Positions 18,608-30,627 of a DNA stretch of 64,000 bases are shown piece by piece. A program made the translations under genes and the position numbers. The DNA lies in NCBI GenBank assembly GCA_964348295.1, contig CAYGBV010000017.1, positions 6,736 through 70,735 on the forward strand, in the 5' to 3' direction. The first letter of the stretch is position 1. The number at the start of each line of letters is the position of its first letter. The stretch is from an uncultured Gemmatimonadaceae bacterium. Its GTDB lineage: Bacteria; Gemmatimonadota; Gemmatimonadetes; Gemmatimonadales; GWC2-71-9. The notes beneath the pieces were generated by a model. It was not told the DNA's origin, did no database searches, and was given only the letters and a program-made list of their open reading frames with translations.

Positions 18608-19782
18608 TTCATCGAACCTCCGCCGGCGTTCAACCACATCGTGAAGCTCTCGGTGGCCTGCGCATGCTCGTCCACAGTGAGCACGGCCAGCCGTAAGCGA
18701 CCGTCCTGCAGCACGTCCACCCGCATGAAGCCGCCCTCCGACGTCGCGTAGCGTGACTGCGCCAGGTAGAAGGCGTGGTCGCGGTGATCATAGTAGCCGC
18801 CTCCGCTGACGAGCATGTGCGTCACGACCTCCCCGTCGAGCACCTGCAGGTTGTGCTCGTGCCCACCGGCGTAGATCAGGGGCGGATGCTCGGCGAAGGC
18901 AGCGTGAAGCGAGTCGCGCATCTCCTGGTAGGCGCCGCTCGGAATGTCCTGTGACGAGATCCCCGACATCCGGGCGACGGGGTAAGCCGACCCGATGATC
19001 GGGAGCGGCAACCAGAGCCACGACGCGAGCTCGCGCAGCGGAAACAGGTGGTCTAGGATCGTGAAGTATCCCCCGTGCTTGCCACCAGAGGCGAGCGGAT
19101 GGTGAGCCATCACCGCTACGTACCGGCCGCCGGCCGCGCGCAACGCAGCGCGGATGGAGTCGGTCACCTCTTGCGGGCTGTCGGCGGGGCACGAAGAGGT
19201 GGGGTGCACCGGCTTGGCGTGCTTGTGGAGCCACCACTGGGTATCGAGTATCATGAGCCGGAGCCGCTCACCGAGGTCGACCACTACAGGACCAGGGCAT
19301 CCGCCGTGGGGCAGCAGCACCACGTCGGGCGAGCCCTGGGCCTCGATGTACTCCTGCTGCCGCCGCATGGTATCCCAGCCCGTGGCGCGGCCGTGCGCCC
19401 AGTCGTGATTCCCCGGCACGAAAACGGCGCGACCGCCGGCATCCACCACTGCGTCGATCTGTTCCTGGAGTCGCCGCTCCATCTCTCCACGGTCGGGGTC
19501 CGCGCTATCGGGCATCCCCTCGGGATAGATGTTGTCTCCCAGGAACACCACCGTGCTCCGCTCGGGGTTGAGTGACACGTCGTGCCGCAGCGCCGTCAGC
19601 ACCTGGTCACCGGGCTGCGGCAACCCGGCGTCCCCGATCAGATAGAGCGAAGTCTCCACGCTTCCGGGCCGCGGCTCGGGAGCCGGCTGCGTCTCGAGCA
19701 CCGGTGACGAGCTGCATGAGAGCAGCAGCGCTATGAGCACAGTCAGCGCGGTCGGGCGGCCGGCCATGCCGCGTGCCCTCAT
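18604..19782 (-). CDS. calcineurin-like metallophosphoesterase lipoprotein
   Basis: Lipobox LLLSCSS. GDAG, GDNIY, GNHD and GGHEHN motifs. Confidence 0.85.
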   Translation of the reverse strand: MRARGMAGRPTALTVLIALLLSCSSSPVLETQPAPEPRPGSVETSLYLIGDAGLPQPGDQVLTALRHDVSLNPERSTVVFLGDNIYPEGMPDSADPDRGEMERRLQEQIDAVVDAGGRAVFVPGNHDWAHGRATGWDTMRRQQEYIEAQGSPDVVLLPHGGCPGPVVVDLGERLRLMILDTQWWLHKHAKPVHPTSSCPADSPQEVTDSIRAALRAAGGRYVAVMAHHPLASGGKHGGYFTILDHLFPLRELASWLWLPLPIIGSAYPVARMSGISSQDIPSGAYQEMRDSLHAAFAEHPPLIYAGGHEHNLQVLDGEVVTHMLVSGGGYYDHRDHAFYLAQSRYATSEGGFMRVDVLQDGRLRLAVLTVDEHAQATESFTMWLNAGGGSMK

Positions 19783-21068
19783 CGGGAGCGAGCCAGCGCA
19801 CGCTCGAAGTCCCTCCCCGCCGGGTGCTGGAACAGCCGCAGGTCGAACTCGGGCGCGATGGCCAGGATGTGGTCGAAGATGTCGGACTGGATGCGCTCGT
19901 ACGTCACCCAGTCGGTGTCATTGGAGAACGCATAGACCTGGAGCGGGAGTCCGTCGGGCGTGGGATCGAGCTGCCGCACCATGAGGGTCATCCCCTTGTG
20001 AACCTTGGGGTGCTGCCGCAGGTAGTTCGCGATGTACACCCGAAACGTCCCGATGTTGGTGAGGCGCCTGGTATTGGCCACGAGCTCCGGGTCCGCCGGG
20101 CGTGCATCCTCATCGCCCGCCAGTTCTTCCTTCTTGCCCCGCATGTAATCCTGCAGCAAGGCGAACCGTGCGAATCGCTCGATATCTTCCTCCTCCAAGA
20201 ACCGGATCGTGTTCATGTCCACGTAGACCGCCCGCTTGATGCGACGGCCGCCGGACTCTGACATGCCCCGCCAGTTCTTGAAGGAACTCTCGATCAGCTT
20301 GTGCGTTGGGACCGCCGTGACGGTCTTGTCCCAGTTTTGCACCTTGATCGTGTGCAGCGAGATGTCCACCACATCGCCGTCGACGCCGTACTCGGGCAGC
20401 TCGACCCAGTCTCCCTCCCGCACAAGGCCGTAGCTACTCAGGGTGATGCTGGCGACGAACGAGAGGATGGTGTCGCGGAACACCAGGATGAGCACAGCGG
20501 TCATGGCTCCGAACCCGCTCAGGAACCAGAGCGGTGAGCGACCGAGCAGCGTCGCGATAATCACCACCGCACCCAGCACGTACATGATGATCTTGGCTAT
20601 CTGGACGTAGCCCTTGATGGGGCGGTGCCGGGCCGCCGGCGTGTTGGAGTATATCTCGCTCACCGCGGAGAGGAACGCGCCCGCGGCGAGGAGCCCGATG
20701 AGCTCCATCACGGCAACCGCCACGCGCGACACGAAGACCTTGAAGGCCGGGCTCAACGAGGGCACGAGCTGCACCCCGTAGTACACGACCAGCACACCCA
20801 CTATGTGGGAGAGTCGCTCGAACACGCGGTACTCGTGCAGCACGTCGTCCCAACGGAACTTCGTGCCCTTCACGAGCTTCTTGCTCAGCGGTGGAATCCC
20901 CCGCCGCGCCAGCTTGTCCACCGCGTACGCCGCGAGCAGGACGAGCAGGAAGCCCGTCACCTGCGCTGCCGGCGTCGGCTCCCGCAGCCATCCGAGGATC
21001 GACTGGGCGACGCCCGTGGTGTCCGCCGCCTCTTGCAGCAGCGCCACAATACCGATCATAGCCGTCAC
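19779..21068 (-). CDS. MscS-family mechanosensitive channel
   Basis: 429 aa. Several TM helices, then the conserved GDWVELPEYGVDGDVVDISLHTIKVQNWDKTVTAVPTHKL beta-domain. GTGA and ATGA overlaps at both ends. Confidence 0.85.
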   Translation of the reverse strand: MTAMIGIVALLQEAADTTGVAQSILGWLREPTPAAQVTGFLLVLLAAYAVDKLARRGIPPLSKKLVKGTKFRWDDVLHEYRVFERLSHIVGVLVVYYGVQLVPSLSPAFKVFVSRVAVAVMELIGLLAAGAFLSAVSEIYSNTPAARHRPIKGYVQIAKIIMYVLGAVVIIATLLGRSPLWFLSGFGAMTAVLILVFRDTILSFVASITLSSYGLVREGDWVELPEYGVDGDVVDISLHTIKVQNWDKTVTAVPTHKLIESSFKNWRGMSESGGRRIKRAVYVDMNTIRFLEEEDIERFARFALLQDYMRGKKEELAGDEDARPADPELVANTRRLTNIGTFRVYIANYLRQHPKVHKGMTLMVRQLDPTPDGLPLQVYAFSNDTDWVTYERIQSDIFDHILAIAPEFDLRLFQHPAGRDFERALARSR

Positions 21069-22282
21069 CGTGTCCCGTCGCGCTCCGAGCCCGCCGCCAC
21101 CGGCCGCGCGCCCTGTAACGGGATCCCGAAATGGACGTCGAAGTACACCTCCAGCACCTCCGCCAGGGCCTGCGCGAACGCCTCGCGGGCCGCTTGAGTA
21201 TCCCGTACTCCCTCGTAGTGCATCTCAAGCTGCACCCCGGAGACCGGCCCGCCCTCTGATGATCCGTGCCGTCTCGTGTCGTAGCCGCCGCTGTAGTACG
21301 GCGCCCCGCCGGGATCGGGCATTGCGGGACTGGGTACCGCCGGGAAGCCGCGCTGCGCCAGCAACGCTCCGAGGCTGGCGCCCCCCCGCAGCAGCGAGGC
21401 GAAGCTCGAATCGCACTCCAGCGCCAGGGTGCGGATGCTGCTCTTGTTCACGTACACCATGCTCTCCAACATGGCGTCGGGCAGCCCCAACTCGCTGCCT
21501 GTCACGAGATACCCCAACTCCAGCCGCGGGATCTCGTGAGCGTGCCCGTGGAGATCGACGTAGAAGCCGCGTCCGTGCTGCTGGGCCACGGCATCCGCCG
21601 CATCATCGATGAACCCATGGAACTCGCCCCATGCCCACTCGGCGTATGGGCTCCCCTGCGCCGCTTCCTCGATCTCGCGGTTGGGATCGAGCTTGACGCG
21701 GTGCAAGTGCGAGATGACTACATGGGGCCAGCCGCCGAACCGGTCGTGGAACGCCGTGCGCACCGCCCGCGCCATCTCCTGCGTCTGGCGATCCCGAGCC
21801 GTGGTTCCCCAGGTGCGATCAGGAATCTCCGTTGGCTCCTCGTACCCTCCGTGTGGGGCGGAGAAGATGACCGGCAGATCCCCGGCCAGATACTCCACGT
21901 ACTGCCTGCGTCCGAAGTAGACCTCGCCGGCGACGTAGTCCAGCTCCGGCGAGACGTATACCTCCAGCGTCGCCACACCGGATGCGGGCCCCGCGGTCGC
22001 GGTGATCGTCGTGATGCCCACGCCGACCGCCGTGGCGACCCCGGAAGTGGCGTCGATCGTTGCGACCGCCGGCTGACGGCTGTTCCAAGTCACGACGACG
22101 CCAGACATCACCGCGCTGTCGGCGCGCCGCACCACTGCACCGAATGAGACCGTGGTGCCGATGCTGGTGATCAACTCGATGGGCGGCGTGACCGACACGT
22201 AGGCGGGCGCATCGGGGCCCAGATCGCCGCAGCCGACCCAGGCCAGGCCAGCGAACACGGCGGCGGCCGCGCCACGGCCCAA
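21065..22282 (-). CDS. lipoprotein with Big_2-like Ig domain and N-formylglutamate amidohydrolase-like domain
   Basis: Probable TTG start at 22282, giving leader MGRGAAAAVFAGLAWVGC. The track's ATG 22387 would overlap the upstream gene by 89 nt. Ig-like ...VTWNSRQPAVATIDATSGVATAVGVGITTITA. FSAPHGG...DLHGH pattern resembles the FGase family. Confidence 0.65.
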   Translation of the reverse strand: MGRGAAAAVFAGLAWVGCGDLGPDAPAYVSVTPPIELITSIGTTVSFGAVVRRADSAVMSGVVVTWNSRQPAVATIDATSGVATAVGVGITTITATAGPASGVATLEVYVSPELDYVAGEVYFGRRQYVEYLAGDLPVIFSAPHGGYEEPTEIPDRTWGTTARDRQTQEMARAVRTAFHDRFGGWPHVVISHLHRVKLDPNREIEEAAQGSPYAEWAWGEFHGFIDDAADAVAQQHGRGFYVDLHGHAHEIPRLELGYLVTGSELGLPDAMLESMVYVNKSSIRTLALECDSSFASLLRGGASLGALLAQRGFPAVPSPAMPDPGGAPYYSGGYDTRRHGSSEGGPVSGVQLEMHYEGVRDTQAAREAFAQALAEVLEVYFDVHFGIPLQGARPVAAGSERDGTR

Positions 22283-22298
22283 CAGGGCGGCGCGCCGC

Positions 22299-22838
22299 TC
22301 AAGCAGCGCGCCGCTCCAGCCGCTCCAGCTCCCCCAGCGCTGCCATGAACTCGTGCGCCGATTTCTCCAGATAAGCACGGACCTCATCGATGTACCCGTC
22401 TGCCGACGCCGACCAGACGCGGTTGAGGTACCGCTCGCCCGCCGCGAAATGGTTCATGACGTCGGCGTACGCTTGCAACCCATGCACATGCGCGATGCTC
22501 TCCCGCGCCTCGACGAAGCTGTTGAGGTCGTCGGGGAGGAGCTCGTCGATGTGCTGTCGCGCCTCGTAGGGGTCGAGGGACTCCTTCTGCTGGTCGAGCA
22601 TGCTAACCTTCTGAACGATACTGCGCAGGCTCTCACCCAGGACCTTCATGCTGAGTGCGAGCTTGCCCTCGGCCCGCGCCTCCTGTCGAATGGCCAGCCG
22701 CACCGCCGCCACCCCGATCACGCCGACCGCCAGTGCGATGGCGTAGGTTCCCCATGCGACGTTCTGCTCGTCCACCACCGCGGCCAGGGCGCCCATCAGG
22801 AAGCCGAGGACAATCAACACGTAGCCCGCGTTTCTCAT
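22299..22838 (-). CDS. hypothetical two-TM membrane protein
   Basis: 179 aa. ggaaggaga SD. Two N-terminal TM helices, then a helical soluble region. No family recognised. Confidence 0.55.
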   Translation of the reverse strand: MRNAGYVLIVLGFLMGALAAVVDEQNVAWGTYAIALAVGVIGVAAVRLAIRQEARAEGKLALSMKVLGESLRSIVQKVSMLDQQKESLDPYEARQHIDELLPDDLNSFVEARESIAHVHGLQAYADVMNHFAAGERYLNRVWSASADGYIDEVRAYLEKSAHEFMAALGELERLERRAA

Positions 22839-22849
22839 GCTCTCCTTCC

Positions 22850-24598
<1,749 letters not shown>

Positions 24599-24754
24599 GA
24601 GGTGACGTCCTTTCTCCCTGTGTTCGCCTCGCGAGGTGCGTGAAACGGTGGCGTGCGCCCGCGGTCGTGAGGGCGGGCCGGAGTCGCCACCTATTTTGGC
24701 CGCGACCGGCCCGGGCCGCTACCCCCCGACCTCCGCCGCTGACGGGATTGGCCC

Positions 24755-25177
24755 ATGGCCGCTATGATTCGCGCTATGCCCAAGGGCCTGCTGAACGAGA
24801 ACCAGAGACGGCACGTGGCGACGCACGTCCACCTCCTGCTGGACGACATTGCACAGTTGGGTCAGCTGGCGGAGCTGAGCCGATCCGAGGAGCCATTCCA
24901 GAGGCTGCGGGAAGCGCTGGACGAGGTGGAAGCCGGAGCACAGGAGATGGTGGCCGAGCTCGACCTGCCGCCGCGCCGGGCCCGCCGCACCAGGGAACGC
25001 GTACTGGCCGCAGCCAACGTATGGGTCACCCGGCTCCATGAGCTCAGCGCCAGGCGGCTCCGCGCCTACGGACCGGTGCACGCTGACCTGGCGGACCACC
25101 TGGATCCGCTGGCGGCCGACCTCAGGCGCCGCCTGCTGGAGCTGGGAGAGGCCGCGCTCGCGCTGCCCGAGGAGTAG
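24755..25177 (+). CDS. hypothetical all-helical protein
   Basis: 140-aa ORF with coding-like composition. No motif recognised. Confidence 0.45.
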   Translation: MAAMIRAMPKGLLNENQRRHVATHVHLLLDDIAQLGQLAELSRSEEPFQRLREALDEVEAGAQEMVAELDLPPRRARRTRERVLAAANVWVTRLHELSARRLRAYGPVHADLADHLDPLAADLRRRLLELGEAALALPEE

Positions 25178-25306
25178 GCTCGCATCCGGCCTCACAGCTC
25201 CTTGGGTCATCAACCGCCACACTCCAAGGCAATCCGGCGGCAAGAGTGGGGCGGTCCGTGGCGACCTTCGCTCGCACGTGTCCGGCCTAGAGGCCTTGCC
25301 TACCCT

Positions 25307-25783
25307 CTAGCCGCCGCCTGAAGCCGGCTGCAGCATCGCGAACGTGACTCCGGAGGGATCATTGAACAGGCAGATCCAAGAACCGCTGGAGATCACGTGT
25401 GGCGGTTCGATGATCAGGCCACCACTCTCCTCGATGATCCGGGCTTTCTCCTCGATGTCATCGACCAAGATGTATACCGTGAGGAAGGGCAGCTTGGCCT
25501 GGCGGAGAGTGAAGATACCGCCACTGATCCCGCCCTCGTCCGTTCGGGAAGAGACCTCGTAGAGGATCGTGCCCGGCGCCTGAGCTATCTCCCAGCCGAA
25601 GACCTGCTCGAAAAACCTCACCGATGTCTCGGCATCGTGTGACGCCAGCTCCCAGAAGACCACGGGGTTCCCCTGCAGGGCCTCCGTGCTGTGAATCGGG
25701 CGTGGAGCGTTTGCGGAGCGGCGAGCCGCCAAAGCACCAAGACCGACGACCGCAACCGCGAGGAGAATCATAGCGATCCTCAT
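25307..25783 (-). CDS. VOC/glyoxalase-family protein with N-terminal signal/anchor
   Basis: ATG 25783 has GGAGG 8 nt upstream. Leader MRIAMILLAVAVVGLGALAA, then the VFWELASHD...FFEQVFGWE fold pattern. Confidence 0.7.
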   Translation of the reverse strand: MRIAMILLAVAVVGLGALAARRSANAPRPIHSTEALQGNPVVFWELASHDAETSVRFFEQVFGWEIAQAPGTILYEVSSRTDEGGISGGIFTLRQAKLPFLTVYILVDDIEEKARIIEESGGLIIEPPHVISSGSWICLFNDPSGVTFAMLQPASGGG

Positions 25784-26040
25784 TTCCCACCTCCTGTCTC
25801 GGCGCGCCAGTTCCCACTGCGTTGTGCCCCCTAAGAGGGCTACGCGGGCCCGCGGGACCCGGTTCCGACCTGAGTGGCGACTCGACGGTGCCAGTGCCCG
25901 ACGCGCAGCGGCAACGTACCACGCGAAGCCGATGAGCTGCCTCGTGATTGAAGGAACCGTCGGTGCCAATGGCGCGTAGCGGAAGCGTGGGCAGTCACAG
26001 AGGCCAAGCCTCGATCCCGTTAACCTGCCTCGAAACGCAA

Positions 26041-26352
26041 ATGGAACGTTACAAGATCGGCATCGCATCCAAGGACTGGGAGTATCCGATTCCCGGCGTT
26101 CGTCAAGAGGCCGCTGTCAGCGAACCGAAGCGGGTCCGACTCGTGGAGTACTCGAGGGAAATGGAGCCTCACTGGTGCGAGGCAGGGCACTACGGCTACG
26201 TACTCGACGGCGTGCTCGAGATCGAATTCGACAACGAGACCGACGTGTTCGAGTCCGGTGATGCTGTGCTCATACCCCATGGATCAGAGCACAGGCACAA
26301 GGCCAGGGTTCTCACCGATACGGTGAGAGTCGTGTTCGTTGAGGATGTCTAG
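26041..26352 (+). CDS. cupin-domain protein
   Basis: MERYKIG...HWCEAGHYGYVLDGVLEIEF...GDAVLIPHGSEHRH cupin motifs. Confidence 0.7.
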   Translation: MERYKIGIASKDWEYPIPGVRQEAAVSEPKRVRLVEYSREMEPHWCEAGHYGYVLDGVLEIEFDNETDVFESGDAVLIPHGSEHRHKARVLTDTVRVVFVEDV

Positions 26353-26489
26353 CCAGCGGTAGCAGGGCTCGATTGAACCACGCGTCAGCCCGTGGAGCGG
26401 ACAAGAAGGGCTGCCCGCCCCCCCGCCCAGCAAGGCCGTGCACGGTGGCGATCCGGTGCTTCGGCCCGCCGGAGTGCCCTCCTCGGACT

Positions 26490-27782
26490 CTAGGTGGGAA
26501 CTCTATCCTGCACGTGAGCGACTTCGCCGCCTTTGATGACAGCGACCACCCTCTCCATCGCCCGGAGGTCGCCCAACGGGTCGCCGTCTACGACGATGAT
26601 GTCTGCGAGCTTCCCAGCCTCTAGGGTGCCCAACTCGGCATCTTGCCCGCACACAAAGGCCGCGTGCCTGGTGCCCGCCTCAATGACCTCCATCGGACTG
26701 AGACCGGCTGCCATTAGCAGGTTCATCTCCGTCAACGGCATACCCGACCTGCTGTCGGCTCCGGCACCGTAGTCGTTCCCGAGCGCCACGACACCACCCA
26801 CGGCATGAAAGCGGCTCACAGCTTCGACATGTACGTCGATGACAATCTGCTCTATGCGCGAACGATCGAGCTTCCTGTAGAGACTCCCGAGATGCCCGGC
26901 CAGGGTCGGCACCATCACCACATTGTGCTCCGCCACTCTGGCGAGCAGCCCCTCGAACTCCAATGCAACGACATCGAATAGCTGAGCACGCGGAATCGGA
27001 CTCTCCAGCACGCTCCTCTCCTCTTCTTCAGACAGGATCGGGAAAGGAGAATGCTCGATGACATCTACGCCGGCTGGGAGAACGATGTCAGCCACGATGT
27101 ACGGCTCAAACACATGAGCCCGGACCAACACACCACGACGGTGAGCTTCCTCCACTACAGAACGTACCCGTTCGAGGTCGAGGACCGGCCAGGGGTCCCG
27201 GGGATCTCCGGGCGCCAGGGCGATCTTGATCATGCTCGCCCCGCGATCCAGGAGATCGGCGACGGCCTTTCGACCATCCTCGGGCGTCCCCACTTCGTAG
27301 CCGAACTGGGCCCCGTACACCGGCCCCGGGTAACCACCAGGTGCCGTGAGGATCGGCCCGGCCCAAAAGGCCCTCGCCGCTGGACCCTCGGGCACTGCGG
27401 CTTGCTCAAAGGCCGAAAGCCCATCCAGTGAGACACCCACGTTGCACACGCTTGTGACTCCGTCGACCAGGAACTCGCGACGGATGGCTGGATTGCCCGT
27501 GCCATGAGTGTGTGAGTTGATGATGCCGGGCATGATCGTCCCGCCACCGGCATCGACGATCCTGACGCCTTGCGGCACCACGAAGTCTGCCGCCGCTCCT
27601 ACTGCCGTGATGCGGGGCCCCCGAATGACGACAATGCCGTCGCGGATGGGGGACTTCCCGGTAGCATCGATGACGGTCCCGTGCCACACGACCAGAGCAT
27701 CATCCGGAACCAGCGTATTCGCACGAGTACATCCCGCGAGGGCGATCGTCAGCAGAGTCAGACAGAAGCCGTACCTCATCAT
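26490..27782 (-). CDS. amidohydrolase-family lipoprotein
   Basis: Lipobox IALAGC. GIINSHTHG metal-binding HxH. aggagggag SD. Confidence 0.8.
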   Translation of the reverse strand: MMRYGFCLTLLTIALAGCTRANTLVPDDALVVWHGTVIDATGKSPIRDGIVVIRGPRITAVGAAADFVVPQGVRIVDAGGGTIMPGIINSHTHGTGNPAIRREFLVDGVTSVCNVGVSLDGLSAFEQAAVPEGPAARAFWAGPILTAPGGYPGPVYGAQFGYEVGTPEDGRKAVADLLDRGASMIKIALAPGDPRDPWPVLDLERVRSVVEEAHRRGVLVRAHVFEPYIVADIVLPAGVDVIEHSPFPILSEEEERSVLESPIPRAQLFDVVALEFEGLLARVAEHNVVMVPTLAGHLGSLYRKLDRSRIEQIVIDVHVEAVSRFHAVGGVVALGNDYGAGADSRSGMPLTEMNLLMAAGLSPMEVIEAGTRHAAFVCGQDAELGTLEAGKLADIIVVDGDPLGDLRAMERVVAVIKGGEVAHVQDRVPT

Positions 27783-28008
27783 AGCCAGGCTCCCTCCTCG
27801 TTATCTCTCCGTTTCTACGATCCTCCGGTTCTCGCGGTTGCCATGACCCGCGCGATCGAATCCTGATTCGTCCGATCGACGATCCCAGCGCCCCCCAGCG
27901 CCATGGACGCGGTACGGACAAGACGGGTCGCGCGCTGTGCTAGCTGCAGGGCGGGCCACGAGGTGGGACTAGCACGGCAGGTGGTACCCCAGGTGGAGAC
28001 CGATCATC

Positions 28009-30627
28009 TCACCTTCCGGGTTCACCGGAACCCCATGTAGAGTTCAGCCAATTCTTCTCTTGCGGGTCGATCTCTAAGGCCGTGCTGTATTCGACCAATG
28101 CCTGCTCTCTCCTTCCCAGGAGGAGAAGCATGTCTCCACTGATACTGTGATATCTTGCATCAAACCGCTGCTGCACCTTCTCTGCCACGGCAGCGACTTC
28201 CTCGTCGCTGTCTCCCACGTTGATCAAGAAAGGGAATACGCTCTCTCTCAACTCCCTGACGGCAAGCGTGTTTCGTATGCGGTACAGGCTCGACACGAAA
28301 TAGGCCATCGCCGGAGTGAACTCCAGGTAAGGATGATCATCTGTGTTTATTCGAGCATCTCCGACATACTCGGCTAGCGGCTGCTCACCCATCACGAACC
28401 AGCTCAGGACATCAATGGGCCCAGTTACGTTGAGCTGCTCCAATTCTGGGAGGACGGTACCCGTTGCCAACTTCCGACTCAACGCTCTGAAGTCAATCTG
28501 CAGCTCCTCCTGAGTCCCAACTAGAATGATGTGATACCTCATTGGTGTGAACCAGAGCGTCGTGTGCGGAAACACTGTCGTGAACGTCTTCGCTATCATC
28601 CTCACTTCCTCACTCGACAGCAAGTGGAACGGCAACCATTGGACCACTAATCCCTCACTGGACAGCCTCTGCTCGAGCAACTCATAGAACTCGAGAGTGT
28701 ACAGGCTGCCGTTTCCGGCCATCTTGGGTGAAGTAGCATCAATCGAGATCACATCATATTCCTTGTCGGTCACCAAGGCATAGTTCCTCCCATCTCCCAT
28801 CATCAAGTTGAATTTGGGCTCTTCCAGCACACCATGATTGGCTTCCGGAAACCACTTCGCAGCATCTATCACGGCCGGCACCAATTCGACACAGTCCACT
28901 TGTGCGACGTCGTACTGTGTCACGCCCCACGATGTCCCGCCCGTCCCAAACCCTATGATGTTCACGCGCGGGGATGGCACACTACTCAACAGAAGGGGCA
29001 GATGCGCCAACGGCTTCTGAATCTCGTGAGCCTCCAGAGCCGTTCCAGCCACCGGAAAGCCGTTCACACTCAGGACTTTCTCACCCCATCTGTCACGATA
29101 GACCTTGACGGTACCACCTATGCCTTCCTGATACGACAGCACCTCGGGGCTCTGGACTCCCTCGTAGTAGGATGTCAGGGTGATCGCACCACCGGTCACG
29201 TAGAAGGCCCCCATGCTGACGAACACCACCCCGGATCCGACAGCCAGCCCCATTCTGGTGCGGTGGGTCATCAGCGGCTCAGAGAGGATCAGAGCCACAC
29301 CGATCACGACGTTGATCCCGGCAATCACAATGATGCCGTGCTGCACGCCTATTAGAGGGATCAGTGCGAAACCAGCTAACACGGACCCAACGACCCCTCC
29401 GATCGTATTGATGGAATACACGTTGCCCAACGCGGTGCCCACCAGATTGAGGTTTCTCGTGTAGATCCTGCTCACCAGAGGAAACGTCATCCCCATCAGG
29501 ACGGTGGGCACGAGCATGACCGAGAGGCTCTTGAGGAACCTCATACCCATCCACTTCCAGGGGAGGGCTGAGTCAACGGCGACGCCCGCCATGCTTTGAA
29601 ATACGGGAGTCAGGCGACTCAGTATCGGAATTGCGAGGATGGCCGACACCCCAATCAGTACCTCTATCACTCCCAACCACGCCAACAACTTCTTTCTCGT
29701 GTCGATGAACCTCGCGATGACGAAGCTCCCGATGGCTATGCCCAACAGGAAGGCCGTAAGAATCGTCGTGAAGGCGTGAGTGGAATTGTCCAAGAAGAAC
29801 ACGAGAGCCCTGGTCCAGAACACCTCGAAGGCCAAGGCACACAAGCCGGACAGGCCGACAGCCCACAGCGCCAGGCGAGCTTCCTTGGGAGAGAAGACTT
29901 CCCCTCCGATCACCTCCGGCGCCTTCTCGCCTTCCTTCCTGCTGGCTTGGACGACCCCGCCAACCGCCTGCCACCGGTACAGGGCCAAGACGGTGCAGGC
30001 GATGAAGAGGTTCACCACCCCGGCGACATAAGCGGATTCCCTGACGCCCAGTAGGAGGATGAGAAAGAACCCCGCAGCAAGGGTGCCCCCAACCGCCCCG
30101 AACGTGTTCATGGCGTACAAGTGACCGACATTCCACGCCAGTCGCTCGCGTCTCTTGGCGAAGAACTTGACCAGGACAGGGAGCGTTCCACCCATCAGAG
30201 TGGCTGGAATGAGCAACACCAGGAACGAGAGGGCGAATCTGACCAGGCTGAGCTGGTAATAGCTCACGCCAAAACGCCGAGATACGCCAACATAGACCTC
30301 GGTCAGGACCGAGAAGAGCAAGGGCATCAGGAAGGCAAATACGGCGATCCCTGCTTCCAGCAGCGCATATACGAGAAGCGGGTTCCGGCCCCTATCGATG
30401 ACTCTGCCGAAGTAGAAACCACCCAGAGCCAACCCGGCAAAGAACGACGCCAGAATCGTGCTGGTGGCGAAGGCGGTCGCACCGAATACCAGGGTGAGCA
30501 TCCGCATCCAGACGACTTCATAGACCAATCCACAGGCGCCTGAGAGGAAGAACAACACCAGGATCGTCAGTCGCAGGCCGACCTCCTCCCGTGGCATGTC
30601 TTGTATGCGCTGTGGCGTCGCTGTCAT
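28009..30627 (-). CDS. fused MFS-like membrane domain / spermidine synthase-like protein with C-terminal TPR-like tail
   Basis: 872 aa. N-terminal FFLSGACGLVYEVVWMRMLTLVFGATAF helix, about 12 TM helices, spermidine-synthase-like core (NIIGFGTGGTS...VISIDATSP) and a C-terminal helical repeat. G+C is clearly lower than the flanks. Confidence 0.8.
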   Translation of the reverse strand: MTATPQRIQDMPREEVGLRLTILVLFFLSGACGLVYEVVWMRMLTLVFGATAFATSTILASFFAGLALGGFYFGRVIDRGRNPLLVYALLEAGIAVFAFLMPLLFSVLTEVYVGVSRRFGVSYYQLSLVRFALSFLVLLIPATLMGGTLPVLVKFFAKRRERLAWNVGHLYAMNTFGAVGGTLAAGFFLILLLGVRESAYVAGVVNLFIACTVLALYRWQAVGGVVQASRKEGEKAPEVIGGEVFSPKEARLALWAVGLSGLCALAFEVFWTRALVFFLDNSTHAFTTILTAFLLGIAIGSFVIARFIDTRKKLLAWLGVIEVLIGVSAILAIPILSRLTPVFQSMAGVAVDSALPWKWMGMRFLKSLSVMLVPTVLMGMTFPLVSRIYTRNLNLVGTALGNVYSINTIGGVVGSVLAGFALIPLIGVQHGIIVIAGINVVIGVALILSEPLMTHRTRMGLAVGSGVVFVSMGAFYVTGGAITLTSYYEGVQSPEVLSYQEGIGGTVKVYRDRWGEKVLSVNGFPVAGTALEAHEIQKPLAHLPLLLSSVPSPRVNIIGFGTGGTSWGVTQYDVAQVDCVELVPAVIDAAKWFPEANHGVLEEPKFNLMMGDGRNYALVTDKEYDVISIDATSPKMAGNGSLYTLEFYELLEQRLSSEGLVVQWLPFHLLSSEEVRMIAKTFTTVFPHTTLWFTPMRYHIILVGTQEELQIDFRALSRKLATGTVLPELEQLNVTGPIDVLSWFVMGEQPLAEYVGDARINTDDHPYLEFTPAMAYFVSSLYRIRNTLAVRELRESVFPFLINVGDSDEEVAAVAEKVQQRFDARYHSISGDMLLLLGRREQALVEYSTALEIDPQEKNWLNSTWGSGEPGR

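Noticed and set aside
26247-26256. 10-nt match (GTTCGAGTCC) to the tRNA-Leu T-arm inside the cupin gene, as a possible att remnant of the low-GC block
   Set aside because: A 10-mer match somewhere in 128 kb of two-strand sequence is not improbable by chance. It lies inside a coding region and does not extend.
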